From: Balanoglossus misakiensis
Lineage: Eukaryota; Animalia; Hemichordata
Direction: 5' to 3'
NCBI GenBank assembly: GCA_040954595.2
Contig: CM082594.2
Coordinates: 12,047,096 to 12,111,095, forward strand
DNA length: 64,000 nucleotides
Below, one piece after another: positions 40,201 to 54,100 of this stretch; within the stretch, counting starts at the first letter, position 1, and every line of letters begins with the position of its first letter. The notes under the pieces are model-generated. The model did not search any database. It had not been told where the DNA came from and saw only the letters and a list, made by a program, of their open reading frames with translations. The position numbers were made by a program, and so were the translations under genes.

Positions 40201-43200
40201 TACGACCGGAAGTCGCCATCAACTTGGCCCAGATTCACCGCGCCGTTACCACAGGAAGTCGCCGGCAACTTGGCCCAGATTCACCGCGCCGTTACGACAG
40301 GAAGTCGCCGGCAACTTGGCCCAGATTCACCGCGCCGTTACCACCGGAAGTCGCCGGCAACTTGGCCCTGATTCACCGCGCCGTTACGACCGGAAGTCGC
40401 CGCAACTTGGCCCGGATTCACAGGAAGTCCCCGGCAACTTGGCCCAGATTCTTGCGCCGTTACGACCGGAAGTCGCCGGCAACTTGGCCCAGATTCACCG
40501 CGCCGTTACGACATGAAGTCGCCGGCAACTTGGCCCAGATTCACCACGCCTTTACGACCGGAAGTCGCCGCAACTTGGCCCGGATTCACAGCGCCGTTCC
40601 GACCGGAAGTCGCCGGCAACTTGGCCAAGATTCACCTCGCCGTTACGACCGGAAGTCGCCATCAACTTGGCCCAGATTCACCGCGCCGTTACCACAGGAA
40701 GTCGCCGGCAACTTGGCCCAGATTCACCGCGCCGTTACGACAGGAAGTCGCCGGCAACTTGGCCCAGATTCACCGCGCCGTTACCACCGGAAGTCGCCGG
40801 CAACTTGGCCCTGATTCACCGCGCCGTTACGACCGGAAGTCGCCGCAACTTGGCCCAGATTCACCGCGCCGTTACCACCGGAAGTCGCCGGCAACTTGGC
40901 CCTGATTCACCGCGCCGTTACGACCGGAAGTTGCCGCAACTTGGCCCGGATTCAAAGGAAGTCTCCGGCAACTTGGCCCAGATTCACCGCACCGTTACCA
41001 CCGGAAGTCGCCGGCAACTTGGCCCTGATTCACCGCGCTGTTACGACCGGAAGTCGCCGGCAACTTGGCCCAGATTCACCGCGCCGTTACCACCGGAAGT
41101 CGCCGGCAACTTGGCCCTGATTCACCGCGCCGTTACGACCGGAAGTCGCCGCAACTTTGCCCGGATTCACAGGAAGTCCCCGGCAACTTGGCCCAGATTC
41201 ACCACGCCTTTACGACCGGAAGTCGCCGCAACTTGGCCCGGATTCACAGCGCCGTTCCGACCGGAAGTCGCCGGCAACTTGGCCAAGATTCACCTCGCCG
41301 TTACGACCGGAAGTCGCCATCAACTTGGCCCAGATTCACCGCGCCGTTACCACCGGAAGTCGCCGGCAACTTGGCCCTGATTCACCGCGCTGTTACGACC
41401 GGAAGTCGCCGCAACTTGGCCCGGATTCACAGGAAGTCCCCGGCAACTTGGCCCAGATTCTTGCGCCGTTACGACCGGAAGTCGCCGGCAACTTGGCCCA
41501 GATTCACCGCGCCGTTACCACCGGAAGTCGCCGGCAACTTGGCCCTGATTCACCGCGCTGTTACGACCGGAAGTCGCCGCAACTTGGCCCGGATTCACAG
41601 GAAGTCTCCGGCAACTTGGCCCAGATTCTTGCGCCGTTACGACCGGAAGTCGCCGGCAACTTGGCCCAGATTCACCGCGCCGTTACCAACGGAAGTCGCC
41701 GGCAACTTGGCCCTGATTCACCGCGCCGTTACGACCGGAAGTTGCCGTAACTTGGCCCGGATTCACAGCGCCGTTACCACCAGAAGTCGCCGGCAACTTG
41801 GCCCAGATTCTTGCGCCGTTACCACCGGAAGTCGCCGGCAACTTGGCCCAGATTCACCGCGCCGTTACGACCGGAAGTCGCCGGCAACTTGGCCCAGATT
41901 CACCGTGCCGTTACGACCGGAAGTCGCCGGCAACTTGGCCTGGATTCACAGGAAGTCTCCGGCAACTTGGCCCAGATTCTTGCGCCGTTACGACCGGAAG
42001 TTGCCGGCAACTAGGCCCAGATTCACCGCGCCGCTACGACCGGAAGTCGCCGGCAACTTGGCCCGGATTCACAGGAAGTCTCCGGCAACTTGGCCCAAAT
42101 TCACCGCGCCGTTACGACCGGAAGTCGCCGGCAACTTGGCCTGGATTCACCACGCCGTTACGACCGGAAGTCGCCGCAACTTGGCCCGGATTCACTGCGC
42201 CGTTCCGACCGGAAGTCGCCGGCAACTTGGCCAAGATTCACCTCGCCGTTACGACAGGAAGTCGCCGGCAACTTGGCCCAGATTCACCGCGCCGTTACGA
42301 CCGGAAGTCGCCGGCAACTTGGCCCAGATTCACGCCGTTACGACCGGAAGTCGCCATCAACTTGGCCCAGATTCACCGCGCCGTTACCACAGGAAGTCGC
42401 CGGCAATTTGGCCCAGATTCACCGCGCCGTTACGACAGGAAGTCGCCGGCAACTTGGCCCAGATTCACCGCGCCGTTACCACCGGAAGTCGCCGGCAACT
42501 TGGCCCAGATTCTTGCGCCGTTACGACCGGAAGTCGCCGGCAACTTGGCCCAGATTCACAGCGCCGTTACCACCGGAAGTCGCCGCAACTTGGCCCGGAT
42601 TCACAGGAAGTCTCCGGCAACTTGGCCCAGATTCTTGCGCCGTTACGACCGGAAGTCGCCGGCAACTTGGCCCAGATTCACCGCGCCGTTACCACCGGAA
42701 GTCGCCGGCAACTTGGCCCAGAATCACCGCGCCGTTACCACCGGAAGTCGCCGGCAACTTGGCCCTGATTTACCGCACCGTTACGACCGGAAGTCGCCGC
42801 AACTTGGCCCGGATTCACAGGAAGTCTCCGACAACTTGGCCCAGATTATTGCGCCGTTACGACCGGAAGTCGCCGGCAACTTGGCCCAGATTCACCGCGC
42901 CGTTACGACCGGAAGTTGCCGGCAACTTGGCCCAGATTCACCGTGCCGTTACCACCGGAAGTCGCCGGCAACTTTGCCTGGATTCACAGGAAGTCTCCGG
43001 CAACTTGGCCCAGATTCTTGCGCCGTTACGACCGGAAGTTGCCGGCAACTAGGCCCAGATTCACCGCGCCGTTACGACCGGAAGTCGCCGGCAACTTGGC
43101 CCGGATTCACAGGAAGTCTCCGGCAACTTGGCCCAGATTCACCGCGACGTTACGACCGGAAGTCGCCGGCAACTTGGCCCAGATTCACCACGCCTTTACG

Positions 43201-43850
43201 ACCGGAAGTCGCCGCAACTTGGCCCGGATTCACAGCGCCGTTCCGACCGGAAGTCGCCGGCAACTTGGCCAAGATTCACCTCGCCGTTACGACCGGAAGT
43301 CGCCATCAACTTGGCCCAGATTCACCGCGCCGTTACCACAGGAAGTCGCCGGCAACTTGGCCCAGATTCACCGCGCCGTTACGACAGGAAGTCGCCGGCA
43401 ACTTGGCCCAGATTCACCGCGCCGTTACCACCGGAAGTCGCCGGCAACTTGGCCCTGATTCACCGCGCCGTTACGACCGGAAGTCGCCGCAACTTGGCCC
43501 GGATTCACAGGAAGTCCCCGGCAACTTGGCCCAGATTCTTGCGCCGTTACGACCGGAAGTCGCCGGCAACTTGGCCCAGATTCACCGCGCCGTTACCACC
43601 GGAAGTCGCCGGCAACTTGGCCCTGATTCACCGCGCCGTTACGACCGGAAGTCACCGGCAACTTGGCCCAGATTCACCGTGCCGTTACGACCGGAAGTCG
43701 CCGGCAACTTGGCCTGGATTCACAGGAAGTCTCCGGCAACTTGGCCCAGATTCTTGCGCTGTTACGACCGGAAGTTGCCGGCAACTAGGCCCAGATTCAC
43801 CGCGCCGTTACGACCGGAAGTCGCCGGCAACTTGGCCCGGATTCACCACG
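34271..43850. repeat. 46-bp CpG-rich subtelomeric satellite (GGAAGTCGCCGGCAACTTGGCCCAGATTCACCGCGCCGTTACGACC) with 45/43/~32-bp variants, roughly 215 units
   Basis: Direct reading; unit count estimated from length. Confidence 0.97.
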
Positions 43851-46800
43851 CCAACCAGATACCCAACCCCTTCGACCGCCAGGCTAGGGCCGGAAGTGGA
43901 GGAGGCCAGCCAGATACCCAACCCCTTCGACCGCCAGGCTAGGGCCGGAAGTGGTGGAGGCCAGCCTGATACCCAACCCCTTCGACCGCCAGGCTAGGGC
44001 CGGAAGTGGAGGAGGCCATCCTGATACCCAACCCCTTCGACCGCCAGGCTAGGGCCGGAAGTGGTGGAGGCCAGCCAGATACCCAACCCCTTCGACCGCC
44101 AGGCTAGGGCCGGAAGTGGTGGAGGCCAGCCTGATACCCAACCCCTTCGACCGCCAGGCTAGGGCCGGAAGTGGAGGAGGCCAGCCTGATACCCAACCCC
44201 TTCGACCGCCAGGCTAGGGCCGGAAGTGGTGGAGGCCAGCCAGATACCCAACCCCTTCGACCGCCAGGCTAGGGCCGGAAGTGGTGGAGGCCAGCCAGAT
44301 ACCCAACCCCTTCGACCGCCAGGCTAGGGCCGGAAGTGGTGGAGGCCAGCCAGATACCCAACCCCTTCGACCGCCAGGCTAGGGCCGGAAGTGGAGGAGG
44401 CCAGCCTGATACCCAACCCCTTCGACCGCCAGGCTAGGGCCGGAAGTGGAGGAGGCCAGCCTGATACCCAACCCCTTCGACCGCCAGGCTAGGGCCGGAA
44501 GTGGAGGAGGCCAGCCAGATACCCAACCCCTTCGACCGCCAGGCTAGGGCCGGAAGTGGTGGAGGCCAGCCAGATACCCAACCCCTTCGACCGCCAGGCT
44601 AGGGCCGGAAGTGGTGGAGGCCAGCCAGATACCCAACCCCTTCGACCGCCAGGCTAGGGCCGGAAGTGGTGGAGGCCAGCCAGATACCCAACCCCTTCGA
44701 CCGCCAGGCTAGGGCCGGAAGTGGTGGAGGCCAGCCAGATACCCAACCCCTTCGACCGCCAGGCTAGGGCCGGAAGTGGTGGAGGCCAGCCAGATACCCA
44801 ACCCCTTCGACCGCCAGGCTAGGGCCGGAAGTGGAGGAGGCCAGCCTGATACCCAACCCCTTCGACCGCCAGGCTAGGGCCGGAAGTGGTGGAGGCCAGC
44901 CAGATACCCAACCCCTTCGACCGCCAGGCTAGGGCCGGAAGTGGTGGAGGCCAGCCAGATACCCAACCCCTTCGACCGCCAGGCTAGGGCCGGAAGTGGT
45001 GGAGGCCAGCCTGATACCCAACCCCTTCGGCCGCCAGGCTAGGGCCGGAAGTGGAGGAGGCCAGCCAGATACCCAACCCCTTCGGCCGCCAGGCTAGGGC
45101 CGGAAGTGGTGGAGGCCAGCCAGATACCCAACCCCTTCGGCCGCCAGGCTAGGGCCGGAAGTGGTGGAGGCCAGCCAGATACCCAACCCCTTCGGCCGCC
45201 AGGCTAGGGCCGGAAGTGGTGGAGGCCAGCCAGATACCCAACCCCTTCGGCCGCCAGGCTAGGGCCGGAAGTGGTGGAGGCCAGCCAGATACCCAACCCC
45301 TTCGGCCGCCAGGCTAGGGCCGGAAGTGGTGGAGGCCAGCCAGATACCCAACCCCTTCGACCGCCAGGCTAGGGCCGGAAGTGGTGGAGGCCAGCCAGAT
45401 ACCCAACCCCTTCGACCGCCAGGCTAGGGCCGGAAGTGGTGGAGGCCAGCCAGATACCCAACCCCTTCGACCGCCAGGCTAGGGCCGGAAGTGGTGGGGG
45501 CCAGCCAGATACCCAACCCCTTCGACCGCCAGGCTAGGGCCGGAAGTGGTGGGGGCCAGCCAGATACCCAACCCCTTCGACCGCCAGGCTAGGGCCGGAA
45601 GTGGTGGGGGCCAGCCAGATACCCAACCCCTTCGACCGCCAGGCTAGGGCCGGAAGTGGTGGGGGCCAGCCAGATACCCAACCCCTTCGACCGCCAGGCT
45701 AGGGCCGGAAGTGGAGGGGGCCAGCCAGATACCCAACCCCTTCGACCGCCAGGCTAGGGCCGGAAGTGGAGGGGGCCAGCCAGATACCCAACCCCTTCGA
45801 CCGCCAGGCTAGGGCCGGAAGTGGAGGGGGCCAGCCAGATACCCAACCCCTTCGACCGCCAGGCTAGGGCCGGAAGTGGAGGGGGCCAGCCAGATACCCA
45901 ACCCCTTCGACCGCCAGGCTAGGGCCGGAAGTGGAGGAGGCCAGCCAGATACCCAACCCCTTCGACCGCCAGGCTAGGGCCGGAAGTGGAGGAGGCCAGC
46001 CAGATACCCAACCCCTTCGACCGCCAGGCTAGGGCCCGGAAGTGGTGGAGGCCAGCCAGATACCCAACCCCTTCGACCGCCAGGCTAGGGCCGGAAGTGG
46101 TGGAGGCCAGCCTGATACCCAACCCCTTCGACCGCCAGGCTAGGGCCGAAGTGGTGGAGGCCAGCCTGATACCCAACCCCTTCGACCGCCAGGCTAGGGC
46201 CGGAAGTGGTGGAGGCCAGCCAGATACCCAACCCCTTCGACCGCCAGGCTAGGGCCGGAAGTGGTGGAGGCCAGCCTGATACCCAACCCCTTCGACCGCC
46301 AGGCTAGGGCCGGAAGTGGAGGAGGCCATCCTGATACCCAACCCCTTCGACCGCCAGGCTAGGGCCGGAAGTGGTTGAGGCCAGCCAGATACCCAACCCC
46401 TTCGACCGCCAGGCTAGGGCCGGAAGTGGTGGAGGCCAGCCTGATACCCAACCCCTTTCGACCGCCAGGCTAGGGCCGGAAGTGGAGGAGGCCAGCCTGA
46501 TACCCAACCCCTTCGACCGCCAGGCTAGGGCCGGAAGTGGTGGAGGCCAGCCTGATACCCAACCCCTTCGACCGCCAGGCTAGGGCCGGAAGTGGAGGAG
46601 GCCAGCCTGATACCCAACCCCTTCGACCGCCAGGCTAGGGCCGGAAGTGGAGGAGGCCAGCCAGATACCCAACCCCTTCGACCGCCAGGCTAGGGCCGGA
46701 AGTGGTGGAGGCCAGCCAGATACCCAACCCCTTCGACCGCCAGGCTAGGGCCGGAAGTGGAGGAGGCCAGCCTGATACCCAACCCCTTCGACCGCCAGGC

Positions 46801-49800
46801 TAGGGCCGGAAGTGGAGGAGGCCAGCCTGATACCCAACCCCTTCGACCGCCAGGCTAGGGCCGGAAGTGGAGGAGGCCAGCCTGATACCCAACCCCTTCG
46901 ACCGCCAGGCTAGGGCCGGAAGTGGAGGAGGCCAGCCTGATACCCAACCCCTTCGACCGCCAGGCTAGGGCCGGAAGTGGAGGAAGGCCAGCCTGATACC
47001 CAACCCCTTCGACCGCCAGGCTAGGGCCGGAAGTGGAGGAGGCCAGCCTGATACCCAACCCCTTCGACCGCCAGGCTAGGGCCGGAAGTGGAGGAGGCCA
47101 GCCTGATACCCAACCCCTTCGACCGCCAGGCTAGGGCCGGAAGTGGAGGAGGCCAGCCTGATACCCAACCCCTTCGACCGCAGGCTAGGGCCGGAAGTGG
47201 AGAGGCCAGCCTGATACCCAACCCCTTCGACCGCCAGGCTAGGGGCCGGAAGTGGAGGAGGCCAGCCTGATACCCAACCCCTTCGACCGCCAGGCTAGGG
47301 CCGGAAGTGGAGGAGGCCAGCCAGATACCCAACCCCTTCGACCGCCAGGCTAGGGCCGGAAGTGGTGGAGGCCAGCCAGATACCCAACCCCTTCGACCGC
47401 CAGGCTAGGGCCGGAAGTGGTGGAGGCCAGCCAGATACCCAACCCCTTCGACCGCCAGGCTAGGGCCGGAAGTGGTGGAGGCCAGCCCAGATACCCAACC
47501 CCTTCGACCGCCAGGCTAGGGCCGGAAGTGGTGGAGGCCAGCCAGATACCCAACCCCTTCGACCGCCAGGCTAGGGCCGGAAGTGGAGGAGGCCAGCCTG
47601 ATACCCAACCCCTTCGACCGCCAGGCTAGGGCCGGAAGTGGTGGAGGCCAGCCAGATACCCAACCCCTTCGACCGCCAGGCTAGGGCCGGAAGTGGTGGA
47701 GGCCAGCCAGATACCCAACCCCTTCGACCGCCAGGCTAGGGCCGGGAAGTGGTGGAGGCCAGCCAGATACCCAACCCCTTCGACCGCCAGGCTAGGGCCG
47801 GAAGTGGTGGAGGCCAGCCAGATACCAACCCCTTCGACCGCCAGGCTAGGGCCGGAAGTGGAGGAGGCCAGCCAGATACCCAACCCCTTCGACCGCCAGG
47901 CTAGGGCCGGAAGTGGAGGAGGCCAGCCAGATACCCAACCCCTTCGACCGCCAGGCTAGGGCCGGAAGTGGAGGAGGCCAGCCAGATACCCAACCCCTTC
48001 GACCGCCAGGCTAGGGCCGGAAGTGGAGGAGGCCAGCCAGATACCCAACCCCTTCGACCGCCAGGCTAGGGCCGGAAGTGGAGGAGGCCAGCCAGATACC
48101 CAACCCCTTCGACCGCCAGGCTAGGGCCGGAAGTGGAGGAGGCCAGCCAGATACCCAACCCCTTCGACCGCCAGGCTAGGGCCGGAAGTGGAGGAGGCCA
48201 GCCTGATACCCATCCCCTTCGACCGCCAGGCTAGGGCCGGAAGTGGAGGAGGCCAGCCTGATACCCATCCCCTTCGACCGCCAGGCTAGGGCCGGAAGTG
48301 GAGGAGGCCAGCCTGATACCCAACCCCTTCGACCGCCAGGCTAGGGCCGGAAGTGGAGGAGGCCAGCCTGATACCCAACCCCTTCGACCGCCAGGCTAGG
48401 GCCGGAAGTGGAGGAGGCCAGCCTGATACCCATCCCCTTCGACCGCCAGGCTAGGGCCGGAAGTGGAGGAGGCCAGCCTGATACCCATCCCCTTCGACCG
48501 CCAGGCTAGGGCCGGAAGTGGAGGAGGCCAGCCTGATACCCAACCCCTTCGACCGCCAGGCTAGGGCCGGAAGTGGAGGAGGCCAGCCTGATACCCAACC
48601 CCTTCGACCGCCAGGCTAGGGCCGGAAGTGGAGGAGGCCAGCCTGATACCCAACCCCTTCGACCGCCAGGCTAGGGCCGGAAGTGGAGGAGGCCAGCCTG
48701 ATACCCAACCCCTTCGACCGCCAGGCTAGGGCCGGAAGTGGAGGAGGCCAGCCTGATACCCAACCCCTTCGACCGCCAGGCTAGGGCCGGAAGTGGAGGA
48801 GGCCAGCCTGATACCCAACCCCTTCGACCGCCAGCCTAGGGCCGGAAGTGGAGGAGGCCAGCCTGATACCCAACCCCTTCGACCGCCAGCCTAGGGCCGG
48901 AAGTGGAGGAGGCCAGCCTGATACCCAACCCCTTCGACCGCCAGGCTAGGGCCGGAAGTGGAGGAGGCCAGCCTGATACCCAACCCCTTCGACCGCCAGG
49001 CTAGGGCCGGAAGTGGAGGAGGCCAGCCTGATACCCAACCCCTTCGACGGCCAGGCTAGGGCCGGAAGTGGAGGAGGCCAGCCAGATACCCAACCCCTTC
49101 GACCGCCAGGCTAGGGCCGGAAGTGGAGGAGGCCAGCCTGATACCCAACCCCTTCGACCGCCAGGCTAGGGCCGGAAGTGGAGGAGGCCAGCCTGATACC
49201 CAACCCCCTTCGACCGCCAGGCTAGGGCCGGAAGTGGAGGAGGCCAGCCTGATACCCAACCCCTTCGACCGCCAGGCTAGGGCCGGAAGTGGAGGAGGCC
49301 AGCCTGATACCCAACCCCTTCGACCGCCAGGCTAGGGCCGGAAGTGGAGGAGGCCAGCCAGATACCCAACCCCTTCGACCGCCAGGCTAGGGCCGGAAGT
49401 GGAGGAGGCCAGCCAGATACCCAACCCCTTCGACCGCCAGGCTAGGGCCCGGAAGTGGAGGAGGCCAGCCAGATACCCAACCCCTTCGACCGCCAGGCTA
49501 GGGCCGGAAGTGGAGGAGGCCAGCCAGATACCCAACCCCTTCGACCGCCAGGCTAGGGCCGGAAGTGGAGGAGGCCAGCCAGATACCCAACCCCTTCGAC
49601 CGCCAGGCTAGGGCCCGGAAGTGGAGGAGGCCAGCCAGATACCCAACCCCTTCGACCGCCAGGCTAGGGCCGGAAGTGGAGGAGGCCAGCCAGATACCCA
49701 ACCCCTTCGACCGCCAGGCTAGGGCCGGAAGTGGAGGAGGCCAGCCAGATACCCAACCCCTTCGACCGCCAGGCTAGGGCCGGAAGTGGAGGAGGCCAGC

Positions 49801-50591
49801 CAGATACCCAACCCCTTCGACCGCCAGGCTAGGGCCGGAAGTGGAGGAGGCCAGCCAGATACCCAACCCCTTCGACCGCCAGGCTAGGGCCGGAAGTGGA
49901 GGAGGCCAGCCAGATACCCAACCCCTTCGACCGCCAGGCTTAGGGCTCGGAAGTGGAGGAGGCCAGCCAGATACCCAACCCCTTCGACCGCCAGGCTAGG
50001 GCCGGAAGTGGAGGAGGCCAGCCAGATACCCAACCCCTTCGACCGCCAGGCTAGGGCCGGAAGTGGAGGAGGCCAGCCAGATACCCAACCCCTTCGACCG
50101 CCAGGCTAGGGCCGGAAGTGGAGGAGGCCAGCCAGATACCCAACCCCTTCGACCGCCAGGCTAGGGCCGGAAGTGGAGGAGGCCAGCCAGATACCCAACC
50201 CCTTCGACCGCCAGGCTAGGCCGGAAGTGGAGGAGGCCAGCCAGATACCCAACCCTTCGACCGCCAGGCTAGGGCCGGAAGTGGAGGAGGCCAGCCAGAT
50301 ACCCAACCCCTTCGACCGCCAGGCTAGGGCCGGAAGTGGAGGAGTCCAGCCTGATACCCAACCCCTTCGATCTTCCGCAGCTAGGGCCGGAAGTGGTGGA
50401 GTCCAGCCAGATACCCAACCCCTTCGACCGCCAGGCTAGGGCCGGAAGTGGTGGAGTCCAGCCAGATACCCAACCCCTTCGACCGCCAGGGCTAGGGCCG
50501 GAAGTGGTGGAGGCCAGCCAGATACCCAACCCCTTCGACCGCCAGGCTAGGGCCGGAAGTGGAGGAGGCCAGCCAGATACCCAACCCCTTC
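43851..50591. repeat. 55-bp subtelomeric satellite block 1 (GGAAGTGGWGGAGGCCAGCCWGATACCCAACCCCTTCGACCGCCAGGCTAGGGCC), ~122 units
   Basis: Direct reading; highly homogeneous. Confidence 0.97.
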
Positions 50592-51152
50592 GATTCTTGC
50601 GCCGTTACCACCGGAAGTCGCCGGCAACTTGGCCCAGATTCTTGCGCCGTTACGACCGGAAGTCGCCGGCAACTTGGCCCAGATTCACCGCGCCGTTACC
50701 ACCGGAAGTCGCCGGCAACTTGGCCCTGATTCACCGCGCCGTTACGACCGGAAGTTGCCGCAACTTGGCCCGGATTCAAAGGAAGTCTCCGGCAACTTGG
50801 CCCAGATTCACCGCACCGTTACCACCGGAAGTCGCCGGCAACTTGGCCCTGATTCACCGCGCTGTTACGACCGGAAGTCGCCGGCAACTTGCCCAGATTC
50901 ACAGGAAGTCTCCGGCAACTTGGCCCAGATTCTTGCGCCATTACGACCGGAAGTCGCCGCAACTTGGCCCAGATTCACCGCGCCGTTACCACCGGAAGTC
51001 GGCCGGCAACTTGGCCCTGATTCACCGCGCTGTTACGACCGGAAGTTGCCGGCAACTTGGCCCGGGATTCACAGAAGTCTCCGGCAACTTGGCCCAGATC
51101 ACCGCGCCGTTACGACCGGAAGTCGCCGGCAACTTGGCCCGGATTCACCACG
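50592..51152. repeat. 46-bp satellite island 1 inside the 55-bp array
   Basis: Junctions CCCCTTC|GATTCTTGCGCC and ATTCACCACG|CCAACCAGATACC. Confidence 0.95.
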
Positions 51153-54100
51153 CCAACCAGATACCCAACCCCTTCGACCGCCAGGCTAGGGCCGGAAGTG
51201 GTGGAGGCCAGCCAGATACCCAACCCCTTCGACTGCCAGGCTAGGGCCGGAAGTGGTGGAGGCCAGCCAGATACCCAACCCCTTCGACCGCCAGCTAGGG
51301 CCGGAAGTGGTGGAGGCCAGCCAGATACCCAACCCCTTCGACCGCCAGGCTAGGGCCGGAAGTGGTGGAGGCCAGCCAGATACCCAACCCCTTCGACCGC
51401 CAGGCTAGGGCCGGAAGTGGTGGAGGCCAGCCAGATACCCAACCCCTTCGACCGCCAGGCTAGGGCCGGAAGTGGTGGAGGCCAGCCAGATACCCAACCC
51501 CTTCGACCGCCAGGCTAGGGCCGGAAGTGGTGGAGGCCAGCCAGATACCCAACCCCTTCGACCGCCAGGCTAGGGCCGGAAGTGGTGGAGGCCAGCCAGA
51601 TACCCAACCCCTTCGACCGCCAGGCTAGGGCCGGAAGTGGTGGAGGCCAGCCAGATACCCAACCCCTTCGACCGCCAGGCTAGGGCCGGAAGTGGTGGAG
51701 GCCAGCCAGATACCCAACCCCTTCGACCGCCAGGCTAGGGCCGGAAGTGGTGGAGGCCAGCCAGATACCCAACCCCTTCGACCGCCAGGCTAGGGCCGGA
51801 AGTGGAGGAGGCCAGCCTGATACCCAACCCCTTCGACCGCCAGGCTAGGGCCGGAAGTGGAGGAGGCCAGCCTGATACCCAACCCCTTCGACCGCCAGGC
51901 TAGGGCCGGAAGTGGAGGAGGCCAGCCTGATACCCAACCCCTTCGACCGCCAGGCTAGGGCCGGAAGTGGAGGAGGCCAGCCAGATACCCAACCCCTTCG
52001 ACCGCCAGGCTAGGGCCGGAAGTGGTGGAGGCCAGCCAGATACCCAACCCCTTCGACCGCCAGGCTAGGGCCGGAAGTGGTGGAGGCCAGCCAGATACCC
52101 AACCCCTTCGACCGCCAGGCTAGGGCCGGAAGTGGAGGAGGCCAGCCAGATACCCAACCCCTTCGACCGCCAGGCTAGGGCCGGAAGTGGAGGAGGCCAG
52201 CCAGATACCCAACCCCTTCGACCGCCAGGCTAGGGCCGGAAGTGGAGGAGGCCAGCCAGATACCCAACCCCTTCGACCGCCAGGCTAGGGCCGGAAGTGG
52301 AGGAGGCCAGCCAGATACCCAACCCCTTCGACCGCCAGGCTAGGGCCGGAAGTGGAGGAGGCCAGCCAGATACCCAACCCCTTCGACCGCCAGGCTAGGG
52401 CCGGAAGTGGAGGAGGCCAGCCTGATACCCAACCCCTTCGACCGCCAGGCTAGGGCCGGAAGTGGAGGAGGCCAGCCTGATACCCAACCCCTTCGACCGC
52501 CAGGCTAGGGCCGGAAGTGGAGGGCCAGCCAGATACCCAACCCCTTCGACCGCCAGGCTAGGGCCGGAAGTGGAGGAGGCCAGCCAGATACCCAACCCCT
52601 TCGACCGCCAGGCTAGGGCCGGAAGTGGAGGCCAAGCCAGATACCCAACCCCTTCGACCGCCAGGCTAGGGCCGGAAGTGGAGGCCAACCTGATACCCAA
52701 CCCCTTCGACCGCCAGGCTAGGGCCGGAAGTGGAGGCCAACCTGATACCCAACCCTTCGACCGCAGGCTAGGGCCGGAAGTGGAGGCCAACCTGATACCC
52801 AACCCCTTCGACCGCCAGGCTAGGGCCGGAAGTGGAGGCCAACCTGATACCCAACCCCTTCGACCGCCAGGCTAGGGCCGGAAGTGGAGGCCAACCTGAT
52901 ACCCAACCCCTTCGACCGCCAGGCTAGGGCCGGAAGTGGAGGCCAACCTGATACCCAACCCCTTCGACCGCCAGGCTAGGGCCGGAAGTGGAGGCCAACC
53001 TGATACCCAACCCCTTCGACCGCCTGGCTAGGGCCGGAAGTGGAGGCCAACCTGATACCCAACCCCTTCGACCGCCAGGCTAGGGCCGGAAGTGGAGGCC
53101 AACCTGATACCCAACCCCTTCGACCGCCAGGCTAGGGCCGGAAGTGGAGGCCAACCTGATACCCAACCCCTTCGACCGCCAGGCTAGGGCCGGAAGTGGA
53201 GGCCAACCTGATACCCAACCCTTCGACCGCCAGGCTAGGGCCGGAAGTGGAGGCCAACCTGATACCCAACCCCTTCGACCGCCAGGCTAGGGCCGGAAGT
53301 GGAGGCCAACCTGATACCCAACCCCTTCGACCGCCAGGCTAGGGGCCGGAAGTGGAGGCCAGCCTGATACCCAACCCCTTCGACCGCCAGGCTAGGGCCG
53401 GAAGTGGAGGAGGCCAGCCTGATACCCAACCCCTTCGACCGCCAGGCTAGGGCCGGAAGTGGAGGAGGCCACCAGATACCCACCCCTTCGCCGCCAGGCT
53501 AGGGCCGGAAGTGGGGAGGCCAGCCAGATACCCAACCCCTTCGACCGCCAGGCTAGGGCCGGAAGTGGAGGAGGCCAGCCAGATACCCAACCCCTTCGAC
53601 CGCCAGGCTAGGGCCGGAAGTGGTGGAGGCCAGCCAGATACCCAACCCCTTCGACCGCCAGGCTAGGGCCGGAAGTGGAGGAGGCCAGCCAGATACCCAA
53701 CCCCTTCGACCGCCAGGCTAGGGCCGGAAGTGGTGGAGGCCAGCCAGATACCCAACCCCTTCGACCGCCAGGCTAGGGCCGGAAGTGGAGGAGGCCAGCC
53801 AGATACCCAACCCCTTCGACCGCCAGGCTAGGGCCGGAAGTGGAGGAGGCCAGCCAGATACCCAACCCCTTCGACCGCCAGGCTAGGGCCGGAAGTGGAG
53901 GAGGCCAGCCAGATACCCAACCCCTTCGACCGCCAGGCTAGGGCCGGAAGTGGAGGAGGCCAGCCTGATACCCAACCCCTTCGACCGCCAGGCTAGGGCC
54001 GGAAGTGGAGGAGGCCAGCCTGATACCCAACCCCTTCGACCGCCAGGCTAGGGCCGGAAGTGGAGGAGGCCAGCCAGATACCCAACCCCTTCGACCGCCA

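Noticed and set aside
31796-43997. Very long ORFs (up to 1226 aa; PPPVCSS, RYDRKSPATWP repeats)
   Set aside because: All three + frames are open because the repeat units lack stops; units of 46/45/43/32 bp shift frame freely, so there is no sign of coding constraint.
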